From positions 4,774,001-4,838,000 of the forward strand of contig CDPCPM010000017.1 in assembly GCA_976551045.1 (NCBI GenBank): a DNA stretch of 64,000 nucleotides, written 5' to 3'. The notes below the pieces were generated by a model. The model was not told the origin of the DNA. It saw only the letters and a list, made by a program, of their open reading frames with translations, and made no database searches. This DNA is from Glaucostegus cemiculus (lineage: Eukaryota). Positions 41,355 through 54,147 of this stretch are shown one piece after another; positions within the stretch are counted from its first letter, which is position 1, and every line of letters starts with the position of its first letter. A program made the position numbers and the translations under genes.

Positions 41355-41550
41355 TTCCTGAAATGAAAACAGGAAATGCAGGAAACACACAGCAGGTCAG
41401 GCAGCACCAGGCAGGAGAAAGATGAGTCCCGGCCCCATAACTCAAATTCTTCCTTTTTCCACAGATGCTGCTTGATCTGCTGAGTGTTTCCAGAATTTTC
41501 TGTCTTTACTTAAGATTTCCAGCATCTGCAATTTTACTTTCGATTTTCAA
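41355..41550. mobile_element. Short palindromic Penelope-derived element
   Basis: Inverted arms ggaaacacacagcaggtcaggcagca / tgctgcttgatctgctgagtgtttcc; tail agatttccagcatctgca. Confidence 0.7.
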
Positions 41551-41794
41551 TTATATTTCCTGTGCTTTTAGAACTCAAATTGATGCCAGTCTTGAATATA
41601 CTGATCACTTGAGCACTCACAGCCTTCTGCCATAAAAAGATTCCTCAGATCCACCACCCTGCAAGTGAAGGGATGTTTTGACTCAGTCCCAAACAGTATA
41701 CTCCTTATGCTAAGAACACAACTCCGAGTCCTCTCTCCAGCTGAAAGCAGCAGCTTTTCAGCATCTACCACATCCAGCCATCTAACAATTTTAT

Positions 41795-42290
41795 AGACAG
41801 CTCTGGTTGCCGTGGTACAGGAAGAATATCAGTAAACTGGAGATGATGCAAAAAAGATTACAAGGATGTTACTAGGACTGGAGGGCTTAGGTTAGAAGGA
41901 GAGATTAGATAGGCTAGGACTTTTTTTTTCCCTGGAATATGGGAGCCTTATAAAATCATGAGGGGCATAGATAAGGTGAATCACCAAAGTCTTTTTCCAA
42001 GGGTATGGAAATCCAAAACTAAATGGCATAGCTTGAAAGTGAGAGGGGAAAGATTTAAAATGGACCTGAGGGGCAATATTTTCAGACAGAGGATGGAGAA
42101 TGTCTGTAAAGAGCTGCCAGAGGAAGTGGTAGAAGCGGGTATAATTATGAGATTTGAAAGGCATTTGAACATTTGAAATAGGAAAGGCTTAGAGGAATAT
42201 GGGCCCACACAGGCAAACAGGACTAGTTCAGTTAGGCAACTACATCAGCATGGACAAGTTGGGTCGGAAGGGCCTTTTTTTGTGTTGTAG
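41795..42290 (+). mobile_element. CR1 LINE 3' end, nested in an opposite-strand CR1 remnant (~41560-42340)
   Basis: ORF 41958-42176 MRGIDKVNHQSLFPRV...KTKWHSLKVRGERFKMDLRGNIFRQR..W..LPEEVVEAG-type CR1 terminus. Flanking minus ORF 41568-41771 is also CR1-like. Confidence 0.85.
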
Positions 42291-42909
42291 CTAATGCTCT
42301 AGTTCAAGGAATCAGCTCTCATTCCTTTGACTTCAGAGTCTACAGGCTTCCTATACCCACTCACCCCAGGTAGACAGCCTTGGTGTCTTAGCTAACAATA
42401 ACTTCCTAACCCAGTAGTGAGGCGCATCCAGCTGAGAAAGAGGAAGGCCTACCCATCACCAGAGGATGATATGAAGGGGATCTACTTGATTTATCACTGG
42501 CAAATGCTCATGGCAAATCAAGTGGCAATTACATTGCAGACCAGCACCTGTTTGATATAGACAGATGTCGATACGACTCTCATTTCTTCCTCTCACCAGT
42601 ACAGTTCTCAGGCTATCTGCCCACTTTCCAGCCCACCATGGCTGCAAGCCTCATGGCTGCAGCAAAGCAGGTGAAATCTGATCGGTGAAAGATGCTGCGG
42701 ATGGTTCCCTGAAGGCCACTTTGAGCATCAGTAACCTATGCAGCATGGACTGAATTGTACTGTTTGTGTGGCTGCAGTCTGAGCTGGTTGGCTGATAGGT
42801 GAATATCCAGGGCACTCACAGAGCAGCTGGACAACACATGCTGCAGGGAGTCACCCTCTCAAAGCCTTTTATAACACAGGCACCCAGGACTATGTTGTTG
42901 CAGTCTGAA

Positions 42910-43115
42910 GACACAAGAGGCTGCAGATGTTAGAATCTGGAACTGCTGGAGGCACTCAGTGAGTCGAGCAGCACCTGTGGGGCTGGGGAAAGAACTGTTG
43001 ATGTTTCAGGTCGAGACCTTGCATCAGATGCAAAACAGTGGCAATTCCTCCCCACCATCCCCACCCTACAGATTCTGCTTGACCTGCTGAGTTCCTCCAC
43101 CAGTTTAGTTCTTTT
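42910..43115. mobile_element. Palindromic Penelope-derived element with minus-strand hammerhead-like core
   Basis: Arms ctgctggaggcactcagtgagtcgagcag / ctgcttgacctgctgagttcctccaccag. Minus strand CTGATGC-aaggtctcgacct-GAAA-c-ATC. Confidence 0.7.
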
Positions 43116-46042
43116 TTTCTTACACACACACGGCAGTACACAAGGCGCTCGTACTAGGGTAGAAGCCAAAAATGTCAGATGATTGAGTCTGCAAGTAGCA
43201 AAATGGAATTGGACACAACTTCCGTGTTGGAAAGCTGGAAGTCCAGATCCCCATAAAGCCCACACAAGACTGGAGCTGGACTCCTCCATGTTCCTCGTTG
43301 TTTCACTCCAGCTTCCAGGCATGCCTAATGATTCCCAAACATCTCATTAGCCGCCCATTGAGATCCCCAAACTGGTCCTCTGGAGCCAAACTTTTCAGCT
43401 ACCTGGTCCACCAGAGGTGGCATCAGAGTTTTTCTCCCCGCCTCAGCTGCACACCCTTCATCCACAATGACACCCCACTTACAGATCCTGCTCTATCGTT
43501 TCAAACTATCCATACCTGAATGGACAAATGATAAGCTGCCTTCCCCTTCAACCACTGCCCACAGGGGAATTCCTGGTTACTTTACTGTAAGCTCACACCG
43601 AGAGGAAGGAGCAAACAGGACATATGGAATACAAGATGGCAGCTAAAGTTAAGTGCACACCGTCACCTGTGCACTGCCACACATCACTGGACTCTTGTGG
43701 TGCGACTACCAATCATGATCACACTCACTCGAACAAACTGCTCAGCTAATGCCTTGTGCTTAGATTGAGATTAGCACCAATTGCATGGCATCTTTTCCCA
43801 CTCAAAAGGGCAAAATGTGTTGTGTCTTGCAATGTGTCTGGGTGATATTCTAGGCACAGTGGAATAGCTGGGAGTGTAGGCAAGCTCTGAGATGTGTGGG
43901 TAAGACCTGGACCATCGTATCTGAAGATGTGGTAGAAAGCATAAGTGAGTCCTGTTCAAAGGAACAATGGAATGCATTGCAGTGGTGTGTGGCTACTGTT
44001 GAGAAATGGAATTAGGCAAGTCTTCATTCACTTTGACCACAAGACTGAGGTGATTAAATCTTCTGCAACATTGCATCAATGTCTGGATGCCTTGCTTTTG
44101 GCATTTACCTCAAGTACAGTCTCCTCCCATAGCAGACAGCATGGGCCTGGATGACTTCCTGCATTCCAATGCAATGACTACTTTTGTACCTTCTCACCCA
44201 GTTAGTAGTCAGATGTTGCATCTAAAATTCACTGCCCAACTTCTTTGGAGCTCAACTTTGCATTCCACAAGCCTGTCTAATTCTTTGGAATGGCTTCCAT
44301 CAGCAGATGCATGCAATGCACACCTCCCATGGAACTGCTTCTATCAGTGCCATCTCATTTCAACCAACCGTAACTAAAGTCAGTGTGTACTAAAGGAATA
44401 AACTGTGCAATTAGCAACATCTGGAATCAGCAATCATGAGGTGGGATCACCTAATTAATAAGCAAACAATTTCCAGTGTTAGCTATGTCTCTCTTCTGTT
44501 CAACATTCTATTAGCTGTGTTGATTGCTGTCCTTTGCGACTTTAAGAGCAAGTATGACTCATTTATTTCCTCTTCACAAGCATTTTTATCTTTGGATTCA
44601 TTATCCTGGTAAGCAGTGGAGGCTCACTCTTCGTGCTCACTCAAAACACAAACTGACAGATTTCTGGACATTAAGGGAATACAGAGATGTGGGGAAATGT
44701 ACTTAAAAATAGCCTGAGGTAGAAATATCATTCATGATCTCAGCTATTGGCCTACTCCTGCTCCTACTTCTTATGTTGTGCCCAAATAGATATTCCATCC
44801 AGTTCATGCTCTAACCTTCAAGGCGATTCCTTTACCTCCATGGTCCTTTCTGGTTCAGCATCGTCTGAAAAGTTAATTTCATCAGTTTCTTCTGCTTATC
44901 CCATCTGCAAATTCATACTCGAGTTGCCAGCTGCTATTTCTTTTTCACTTACACCACACACGCAGTTACCCTCTCTCTAACTACTGCAAGCTGCTCCATT
45001 ATCACCATTCAATTAAAGCAATAGTTATCACTCAGCTGCTGCCTGAAAAGATACAATTCTATTCACAATGTTGCCAGTACTGTTTTCACATTTGGAAATT
45101 TAATAATTCATGTAATAATGGATAAGACTGGCATTTATATAAAATTGCTGTGATGATACTATCAAAACTCAAGCAGCAATACAATTGTTTAGTTGAAGGC
45201 ATTACTAACAGTCCAACTGACTTCTCTGTCTTCCCAAGGCAATGAAATTTTAAACTGAGCATTCTACAGCCAGCTCTCAAAACAAATTGAATCGGGCTAG
45301 ATGTGGGAGAAAGGAATGATCAGTGTAATTTTGGTTCCGATTCTAATTTTGCTGCTATACAGTTTATTCCCTTACCTGGTATTAATACAGAAGTATTAAT
45401 AGATTGCTTTCCACATTACATCAATCTAAACTGTAAATCTACCACCACCGTCCCATCAGCTACATGTTAATTAGTTTTACAATCAATCATCTTCTTCAAA
45501 GAAGCTCCTTGTATACATACCCTTTTACATTATGAGACTGAACAATATCTAAAAATTAATAGTATATTCCAGAAGTTCCATTATAAATTCATGTAATTTT
45601 GAATTAATATTAATTTAAAATATTGAGTGCTATGTCCCAAAGTCCTAGCTAGTAATTTTTAAGTTTAAAGTTGATTTGTATCTGATCCTGGGAGGGAATG
45701 TAGCATATCCAGTAATTTTATATACTACATTTAAAAATAACCAATTTTTATGTAAATTTATTTGAAAAGACAAAAAAGCATAAAGAGGCCAAACAAAAAA
45801 AAACACTTAAAAAGGCCTGTAATAGAATGGAAAATATTATCAGAACTAAATAGTGAAATATAATACAGCTAACAAATTCTACAAAAGTATAAAAAAACAA
45901 ACATGATATCAAAAACAGCCAAAGAAAATGCCAATTTGCATAACTACTACGTACAAATATCTATATCCTCAAACGTTTTGTCCCATTCCAGTTATCTCAT
46001 CACAACTTTTCAGCACACCTTTCCGTCCCCACTTTTTTCAGG

Positions 46043-46244
46043 TACGGGTCCTCCCCAGGTCATGGCAGGGTTCTGTTCCCATGAACCGTTAGGGTCACAA
46101 ACAGTCTGCAAGTCAAACGTGGCTGTGAACCGAGTTCCCACGTGGCAGAACATGCCTACAGCATCTGATGAATCCATAGCATCGGTCTCCTAATCACTCA
46201 TTCATATGCATGTGCTAGGTGTTCATAAGCTGGGAGGACCTGTA
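46043..46244. mobile_element. Tc1/mariner-pogo (Tigger-like) MITE
   Basis: TA|cgggtcctccccag ... ctgggaggacctg|TA: near-perfect TIRs with TA target duplication; ~200 bp, non-coding. Confidence 0.75.
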
Positions 46245-46744
46245 CTACCTAATTTACTTTTAATACCATTCAAGCTTTTGGCTCAACCAAGATAGGCCAA
46301 TCAGTTCGCATCAAGCCACATCCCTAACCCAAGGCAGAAGTAGCTATACTAAATGAAGCCTGAGGCGAGGACACATTTGAGCTGGTTGATAGAAAAACGA
46401 GCATGAATGATGTGAAACATTGGCCCCACTAATAATTCAGACAGGACAAAATAACTTTGTATGTATATTTATGGATTATGCCAAACTATGGGGTTAGGTA
46501 ACATGAGGGAAGAAGGTCCATCAAGTAAGACTAGAAAATTCTGTGGATGTTGGAAATCAAAAGTAAAAGGTAAAACAAATGAAAACCAGAACTTCTGACA
46601 AAACCAGGAATGTTAACTCAGTGTTCAGCTCTTTCTGGATTTCTTGTCCCAATCTCTTACAGTTGAGGTGCTTCACATTCCAACCACTCTTTGACCCAAA
46701 CAATTTCTCCTGAATTGCCTCAGGAGGACAGTCAGTTGATCCAA

Positions 46745-47192
46745 CTGCCCCCCCCCCCCCAATCTCTCTATCTCACTCCCTTCCCCCACCCTCCATCAGC
46801 CCATCACCCACATACTCCTCCCACCAGTTCCCCTCCCCACTTCCCTCCCTCTATTCCATGCTTCACCCTCTCCTATCAGACTCTATCATCTTCAGCCCTT
46901 TGTCACTTCCACCTTTCACCTCCCAGCCTGTGACATCATTCCCACTCTCCCCTCCCACCTCATGTGCTTATCACCCCCTCCCCTCACCTGGATCCACCCA
47001 TCACCTGCCTGTTCTTGCCCCTTCCCTCCACCTTTTCATAACAGCTATCTCCCCTCTTTCTTTCAGTCCAGGTGAAGGGTCTTGACCAAAACAACTGTCC
47101 ATTTCCCTTCCATGGATGCTGCCCGACCTGCTGAGTTTCTCCAGCGCTTCGTGTTGCCTCAGATTCCAGCATCTGAAATCTCCTCTATCTTC
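46745..47192 (+). mobile_element. Penelope-like element 3' region (pyrimidine-rich tract plus tail)
   Basis: Collinear with 59990-60362 (cctctcctatcaga...cttcagcccttt...tcacctcccagc...cagtccaggtgaagggtcttgacc...gatgctgcccgacctgctgag). Confidence 0.75.
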
Positions 47193-48121
47193 ATATGTGA
47201 CAAGTGTAATTTGACCATTTCTAAAACCTAGACCCAAGATATAATTCCCAGGTTTTTTTTGCTTTGCTGCCCTATGATACTGCTTTTAATGACTTGTTCA
47301 TATATATTTCTGCTTTTTGTACCAAAGTACACCATATTTATCATATTAAATGCTCCACTCAACTACTCCATCAATAGGTTTTCTAATGTCTTCCTTGATG
47401 GGCATTAGTCCTGCTATTTATACCCCACAGTTTGGCATCATCAATAAATTTGCACATCAAGTCATTAATCCTGTCAAAATGATTAATGGGGCAAATGTTG
47501 CACTCCATTCATGCTTATCATTTGATCACCCCCTCAAATGAACTCTGACCTTAGGCTCCATTTAGTTTCTGTCTCTTTTGCCTCAGGAAAAGCCCAGGAG
47601 GCTTTGGTGTGGCCTGACTGGCACGGACTGCAGCACACTTAATTGATGGAGATTGGCTCAGAGGCCAGAATCCAGCATCAGGAACACAAGGTGCATGGTT
47701 AAATGGGCAGTCCTCGCTGTACCATTACTAACACAGTGCTGCCTCCAATCTTACCGCAATTAAAATAAAGTTGCTTTTCACTGACTGGATAACTGCACTT
47801 AAATGAAGATGTGGCTGGACATCTCCAGGTTATTTTTTGCCCTGTTCTGATCAATACCAAAAGTAGTTTCAAGGAACAGACAATCATGGGAAACGTGGAC
47901 CTGGTGCAAATGTCCTCTTGCAAATGGCAAAGGATGATAAGATGGCATTATTTGTGAAATAATTCATTGTAACATGAATATTTGAGTCTAATGGCAGAAT
48001 AATTCATGGCTGCAGTTTATGCCACAATTTTGCTATTGCATTTATACAGAATCTCAACAAAGTATTACCGTGAAGGAAATAGAAACCACTGGGGAGGAGC
48101 ATCTCATCCTTTATCAAGATT

Positions 48122-48320
48122 AAAGAAACTGCAGGTGTTGGAACCTGGAGCGAAAACAAATTGCTGGAGGAATTCAGTGGGTCAGGCAGCATCTGTGGAG
48201 GCAGAGGGATAATCAACATTTCAGGGCACGTGGTCCTGATGCAGGGTCTCAACCCAAAATGTTGCATCTGCCTTCACAGATGCTGCCTGACCTGCTGAAT
48301 TCCTTCGGCAATTTGTTTTT
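48122..48320. mobile_element. Palindromic Penelope-derived element with 53-bp arms and a hammerhead-like loop
   Basis: Arms 48153-48205 and 48267-48319 (48/53 complementary). Loop contains CTGATGC-agggtctcaaccc-AAAA. Confidence 0.8.
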
Positions 48321-48970
48321 CATGCTTCATTACAATGTACTTTGGTAACTCTCCACAATGGAACACAAGGACACGCTGATTTCCTGTACTGCACAGAAGG
48401 GTGGGTCAGCAGGAGAAACCAGAGGTATTGAAGATTATGTGGAAGTCTTGTAAAACAGTGTTGCAGAGCATGCAAATGCCAGGCAAGGATGCTTGCAAAG
48501 AGCTGCTGAACCACCACCGTTTGCTCCCTCGAGATCCACATGTTTACAGTGCTGAAGATCTGCCTTAATGTAAACAATGAATAACAATGCTCCCAGCACA
48601 ACATTTTACTCCAACTCCTTACATCCCATGTTTTAATCAATGTATTTCCCATTTGACTATATATCCCAACTCCACAGACATCAGTCTTTATTATGTACCT
48701 TTCATGTAATTCTTCATCAAATAACAGAAAAAAAAACTTAAAATGAATAATCCAACCTCTCTTTTTAATTTCAGATGAAATTCTAAAAACGTATATTAAA
48801 GGATAAAGATACTTGCCTTATTAAAGATTGGTTATTTTTAAGAGATAGGAACTCATACATTAGTCAATGTTGCTCATTGTAACTGGACATGCCTTAGTGT
48901 ATTGTTAGTGCGACAGTTTTAGTACAAATCATGCAGAAATCACAGAAAACTGAAATCTCCAGTTACTTAC

Positions 48971-49011
48971 GTGGGTCTGACTTAGAAAATGTGTCTCGAT
49001 CCAAAAGATTC
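48971..49011 (-). CDS. CPNE8: Copine (CPNE8-like) coding exon, 41 bp, start of C2A domain (probably exon 2)
   Basis: Minus strand cag|G AAT CTT TTG GAT CGA GAC ACA TTT TCT AAG TCA GAC CCA C|gtaagt = (R)NLLDRDTFSKSDP(L). Canonical AG/GT. Matches RNLLDRDTFSKSDP recalled from CPNE8 (CPNE5 has DKDMF). Confidence 0.93.
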
Positions 49012-50409
49012 CTGTGGGGAAACAAAATTCATGTTTAATATTTAAATTGTAAGAAAACAAAAGAACTTCCCAACAATTCTCCTAAGCTTCAAGCATATAT
49101 GATTGGAATTCTGTTTTAAATTATAGTCTCAATATATTTGAACTTTGCCTCCCTGGGGGCAAGTTTTACCAATCGTTAGAAAACTGCCAGACAGACCCAT
49201 ATGCCGTATCACAGAGCACCTCACCTTTTTCCTATACAAGCCCAAGTAAGATCTTCCAGCCTGATAATCTAGCAAAATATTCATGGACAATTTAAGCATA
49301 AGGGACAAAATAAAGATGGAAAGGAATCTGTAAAACAAAATGATCAGATTATTTAAAGACCCAAGTCAAGCAGAACTGTTGAGAAGACTGATGTGATAGT
49401 TACCAGTGAAGACCATCAAAGCAAACATTATAATTTGGTTTAAGAAGTAATCCAGCATGCTACTGAAGACAGATGGAGTTTGTTGAGCAAGCTGGCATTC
49501 AGGTCGATCCATGTGAAAAAAGGGTCAGAGCGCTTTTTGGAGATCAATGGCCTTTTATCCGATGGGCAGAAATTCATTATGAACATTGGTCAAAGAGAAA
49601 TATTTATTAAGTTATGTGCTTTCACTGCTGTCCAAATTAATTTTGCTTTGGATGCAAATCAAGAAGGTTCTCATTTCATTAGTCTGGCACAGATTCAAGT
49701 CAAAGTTTACAGGTCAAACAGCAACATGATTTGGCACCAGGTCACATACAGATTATGCTTACATTATTTTATAAATATAATTAACTAGGTCAATTGAATC
49801 AAAATCACAATATATAAATATCCATATTTGTCATTTGTTTCCAATTACTATATCTAAGTTGTTTTCATTGTTATGTATAATTTCTTTCATGATCTTATAT
49901 TATTAGATAATTGTCATCAAGGAAAAGTACTATTCAGTAAATTCTAATTAATATTCATTCTGGAGATGCGAGCACTTCCAGCAAGATCAACAACTATTAA
50001 CCATCCTAATATCTCCCAAGACAGTGCTGGGCCTTCCTGACCTGGCACACTCAATGTTGTGAAGGTATTTCTGCAAAGCCATTAGGTTTATGTTGAATCA
50101 GCAACCAAGTAACACCAACATATATCACATACAGCGAATTATTCCCTGACATATGCCACCAGTTCTTGTCCAATGATTTCTCCATTCCTCATTACCATAA
50201 AGTTATCAAATGTAAACTCACTCTCATATTAATCACATAAATCAGAATTAACTTCAAGTTAACCTTATTAGACTGATCTTGATATAGGAAAACAGAGAAT
50301 GTTTCACAGAAATCTTTAGACTACTGCCTCTAAACTCTCAGAAACAAAAAAGCCTGGTGTTATTACAGCACTGTGTTACAAAACAACATAGACGCTGAAG
50401 ATATCATTT

Positions 50410-53400
50410 AGTGAGGTGGTCACACCTCAGGTGCAGGTTACAGATAGATGGGGACCACCAGGAGAATTAAGGGGAGTAGGCAGACAGTGCAGCGATCCCC
50501 CATGGCCATTCCCTCAGTAACAGGTATAACCCATTGGATACTCCCTCGGGTGGGGGGGGGGGAGGTGGAGTGACCTTTCAGAGACCAGCAGCAGTACCTG
50601 GGTTAGTGGCACTGTCACTGGCTCTGAGGCAGAGAAGGGAAGGGTGAAATCAGGCAGAGCGATAATAATCAGGAACTTGATAGTAAGGTGCACAGATGGG
50701 GGTTTCTGTGGCTGCAATCCAGACCCCAGGATGGTGTGTTGCCTCCCTGGAGCCAGGGTCAAGGAGGTCTTGCAGTGGGTACAGAACATTCTGAGAGGGG
50801 AGGGTGAACAGTCAGAGATCACGGTCTATACAGATACCAAGACACAGGCAGGAGCAGGGACAAGGTCCTGCAAAGAGATTTTAAGGAACTGGGTAGAAAG
50901 TTAAAAAGAAAGATTTCCAGGATTATAATCTCAGGATTACTTCCTGTGCCACGTGCTAGTGAGATAAGAAACAGATATATAATGTAGTTCAATACATAAA
51001 TAAGGAGCTGGTGCAAGAAGTAGTTTCTAATTTATGGATCATTGGGCATTTTTTTCAGGATAGGTGGGACCTGTACAAACAAGATGGTTTGCATTTGAAC
51101 TGGAGAGGAACCAATATCCTCATCAGGTTTGCTAGTGCAACTCGCGAGGGTATAAACTAGGGTAGTAGGGGGATGGGAACCACAGCAGCAGGGCAATAGG
51201 TGGTAGGATTGAGGGCAAGAAAGATGGTATGACAAGTATGATTGAAAGGAAGGGCAGCTAATAAACATGGTGGGACCAATGGGCTGAAATGTGTTCATTT
51301 CAATGCTTAGGAGTATTCTAGGGAAGCAGGATGACTATAGAGCCTGGAACAGTACATCAGAATTGGTTTATTATTGTCACTTGTAACAAGGTACAGTGAA
51401 AAACTTGTCCTACATACAGTTCATACAGATCAATTTATTACACAGTGCACTGAGGTAGTAACAAGGTAAAACAATACAGAATGCAGAATAAAGTATCACA
51501 GCTACAGAGAAAGTGCAGAGCAGGTAGGCAATAACATGCAAGGTCATAACAAGGTAGATTGTGAGGTCAAGAGTCCATCTCATCGTACTAGGCAACCATT
51601 CAATAGTCTTATAACAGGGAGTGCAGAAGCTGCCCTTGAGCCTGGTGGTACGCACTTTCAACCTTTTATATCTTTTGCCCAATGGGACAGGGGAGAGGGG
51701 AGAAGAGAGAATGTCTGGGATGGGCGAGGTCTTTGATTATGCTGGCTGCCTTACTGAGACAGCCAGAAGTATAGAGAGAGTCCATGGAGGGGAGGCTGGT
51801 TTCCATGATGCACGTCCACAACTCCCCACAGTTTCCTGCAGTCCCAGGCAGAGCAACTGCCATAACAAGCTGTAATGCATCCAGATAGGATGACATGGAA
51901 TTATGATGTTGTTGCCATTACAGAGACCTGGTTGCATGAGGGACAGGATTGGCAGCTCAACGTTCCTGGGTTTTGTTGTTTTAGACATGATAGAGAGAGG
52001 GGTAAAAGAGGTGGAGGGGTTGCATCACTGATAAAGCAGAATGTCACAGCAGTACTCACAGAGGACACACTGGAGGGCTCATCCACAGAGGCAATTTGGG
52101 TGGAGCTCCGAATTAAGAAAAGTACAATTATGCCGATGGGAATATACTATAGGCCCCCCCAATAGTCACTGAGAGGTGGAGGAACAGATATGAAGACAGA
52201 TTATGGAAAGGTACAGAAACAGCAGCATTGTTATAGTGGGGACTTTAAATTCCCCAGTATTGATTGGAACTTCCTTAATACAAGAAGCTAAGATGGGGTG
52301 GGATTTCTTCAGTGTGTGCAAGAGGGGTCCTTGAAGCATTATGTGGAGAGTCCAACTAGAACAGAGAACATACTGGACCTGGTTTTGGGAAATGAGCCAG
52401 GCCAAGTCGCCAATCTGATAGTGGGTGAACATTTTGGGAATAGTGACCGCAACTCATTATGTTTTAAGATAGTTATGTGTGAGGATAAAAATCAGATCTT
52501 GCGGGTAGGAACTAAATTGGCTGGGGGGGTGGTGGGAGGGAGCAAATTATGTCAGAATAAGATGGGAGTTAAAGGAGCGTTGACTGGGAGCAGCTGCTGT
52601 AGGACAAGTCCGTGTTTGACATGTGGGAGTTGTTTAAGAACCAGCTGATCGGAGGTCAGGATTGATATGTTCCAGTAAAGACTAAGGACAAGGATGGAAA
52701 GGAAAGGGAGCTTTGAATGACCCATAATGTCCTAAATTTAGTCAGAAAGAAAAAGGAAGCATATGTAAGGTTCAGGAAGCAAAAATCAGACTGGGCCCTT
52801 GTGGAATATAAAGAGAGCAGGAAAGTGCTCAAGCAGGTGATTGTGAAGGCCAAAAGAGGCCACAAAATACCCTTGGCAAACAGGGTCAAGGATAATCCCA
52901 AGGCATTTTATACTTATATTAAGAAAGAGAGGATAACTAAGGAGAGGTCAGGTCCACTCAAGGATAAAGGAAGGAATTTGTGCTTGGAGTCAGAGCAAGT
53001 GGCTGAGGTACGAAATGAGTACTTTGTGTAGGTATTTATTGAGCAGAAGGATTTGGAGGATAGTGAAGGTGGGGGGGGGGGCATTCTTATGTGCTGGGAT
53101 ATTTTGAGATTAAGGAGGAGGTAGTGCTGGATCTTCTGAAAAGCATCAAGGTGGATAAATCCCCAGTGCACGATGGCATATATCCCTGAATACTGAAAGA
53201 AGGGAGGAGATTGCTGGGGCTTTGACAAAGACCTTTGTGTCCTTACTAGCAACACGAGATCCCAGAGGACTGGAGAGTAGCAAATGTTGTGTCTTTGTTC
53301 AAGAAGGGTAATAGGGATAATCCAGGTGAGTGAGGCAGTGAGCTTCACGTCAGTGGTGGGAAAGCTATTGGAGAGGATATTGAGGGATAGAATTTACGTG

Positions 53401-53608
53401 CATTTGGAAAGACGTGGCCTGTTTACAGACAGTCATCATGGCTTTGTGCAGGGCAGGTCATGCCTTAAAAACTTGACTGAGTTTTTTTGAGGTGGTGCCA
53501 AAGGTGTTTGATGAGGGTAAGGCAGTGGACATTATCTACATGGACTTTAGTAAGGCATTTGTTAAGGTCCCTCATGGTAGGTTGATTCAGAAGATAAAGA
53601 TGCATGGG
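50410..53608 (+). mobile_element. Near full-length, inactivated CR1 LINE (ORF1 SGNH esterase, ORF2 APE endonuclease and N-terminal RT)
   Basis: ORF1: RAIII...MVCCLPGARVK and DGLHLNWRGTNIL. ORF2: YDVVAITETWL, GIYYRPP, VIVGDFKFP, ILDLVLGNEP, NPKAFYTYIK, VSFTSVVGKLLERIL, HGFVQGRSCL, YMDFSKAF. Many stops and frameshifts. Confidence 0.92.
51358..51892 (-). mobile_element. Rex1/Babar-like LINE 3' fragment inserted in the CR1 ORF2 start
   Basis: Minus ORFs give AASIIKDLAHPRHSLFSPLP and GKRYKRLKVRTTRLKGSF; tail caataataaaccaattctg. Flanked by ACAT (51354-51357, 51893-51896). Confidence 0.85.
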
Positions 53609-54139
53609 CAGAGCAGTTGCCATACCAAGCCATGATACATCCAGATAGATTGCTTTCTATGGTGCATTGGTAAAAGTTGGTGAGAGTTGAAGGAGACAAA
53701 CCAAATTTCTTTAGCCTCCTGGGGAAGTAGAGGTGCTGGTGAGCTTTCTTGGCTGTGCCATCTATGTGGTTAGACCAGGACAGGCTGTTGGTGATGTTCA
53801 CACCCAGGAAGTTGAAGCTCTCAACCCTCTCGACCTCAGCACCATTGATGTAGACAGGTGCATGTACACCACCTCCTTTCCTGAAGTCAATGACCAACTC
53901 TTTTGTTTTGCTGACATTGAAGGAAAGGTTGTTGTCATGACACATCACTTAGCTCTATATCTCCTTCCTGTACTCAGATTCATCACTGTTTGAGATATGG
54001 CCCACAACGGGGATATCATCTGCAAACTTGTAGATGGAGTTAGAGCAGAATCTGGCCACACAGTCGTGAGTGTATAAGGGAGTAGAGTAGAGTGCTGAGG
54101 ACGCAGCCTTGTGCGGCACCAGTGTTGAGAATAATCGTG
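53603..54139 (-). mobile_element. Rex1/Babar-like LINE internal RT fragment
   Basis: LYTHDCVARFCSNSIYKFADDIPVVGHISNSDESEYRKEI and NLSFNVSKTKELVIDFRK...FLGVNIT..LSWSNH...AWYGNCSA. Confidence 0.88.
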
Positions 54140-54147
54140 CCATAGGT

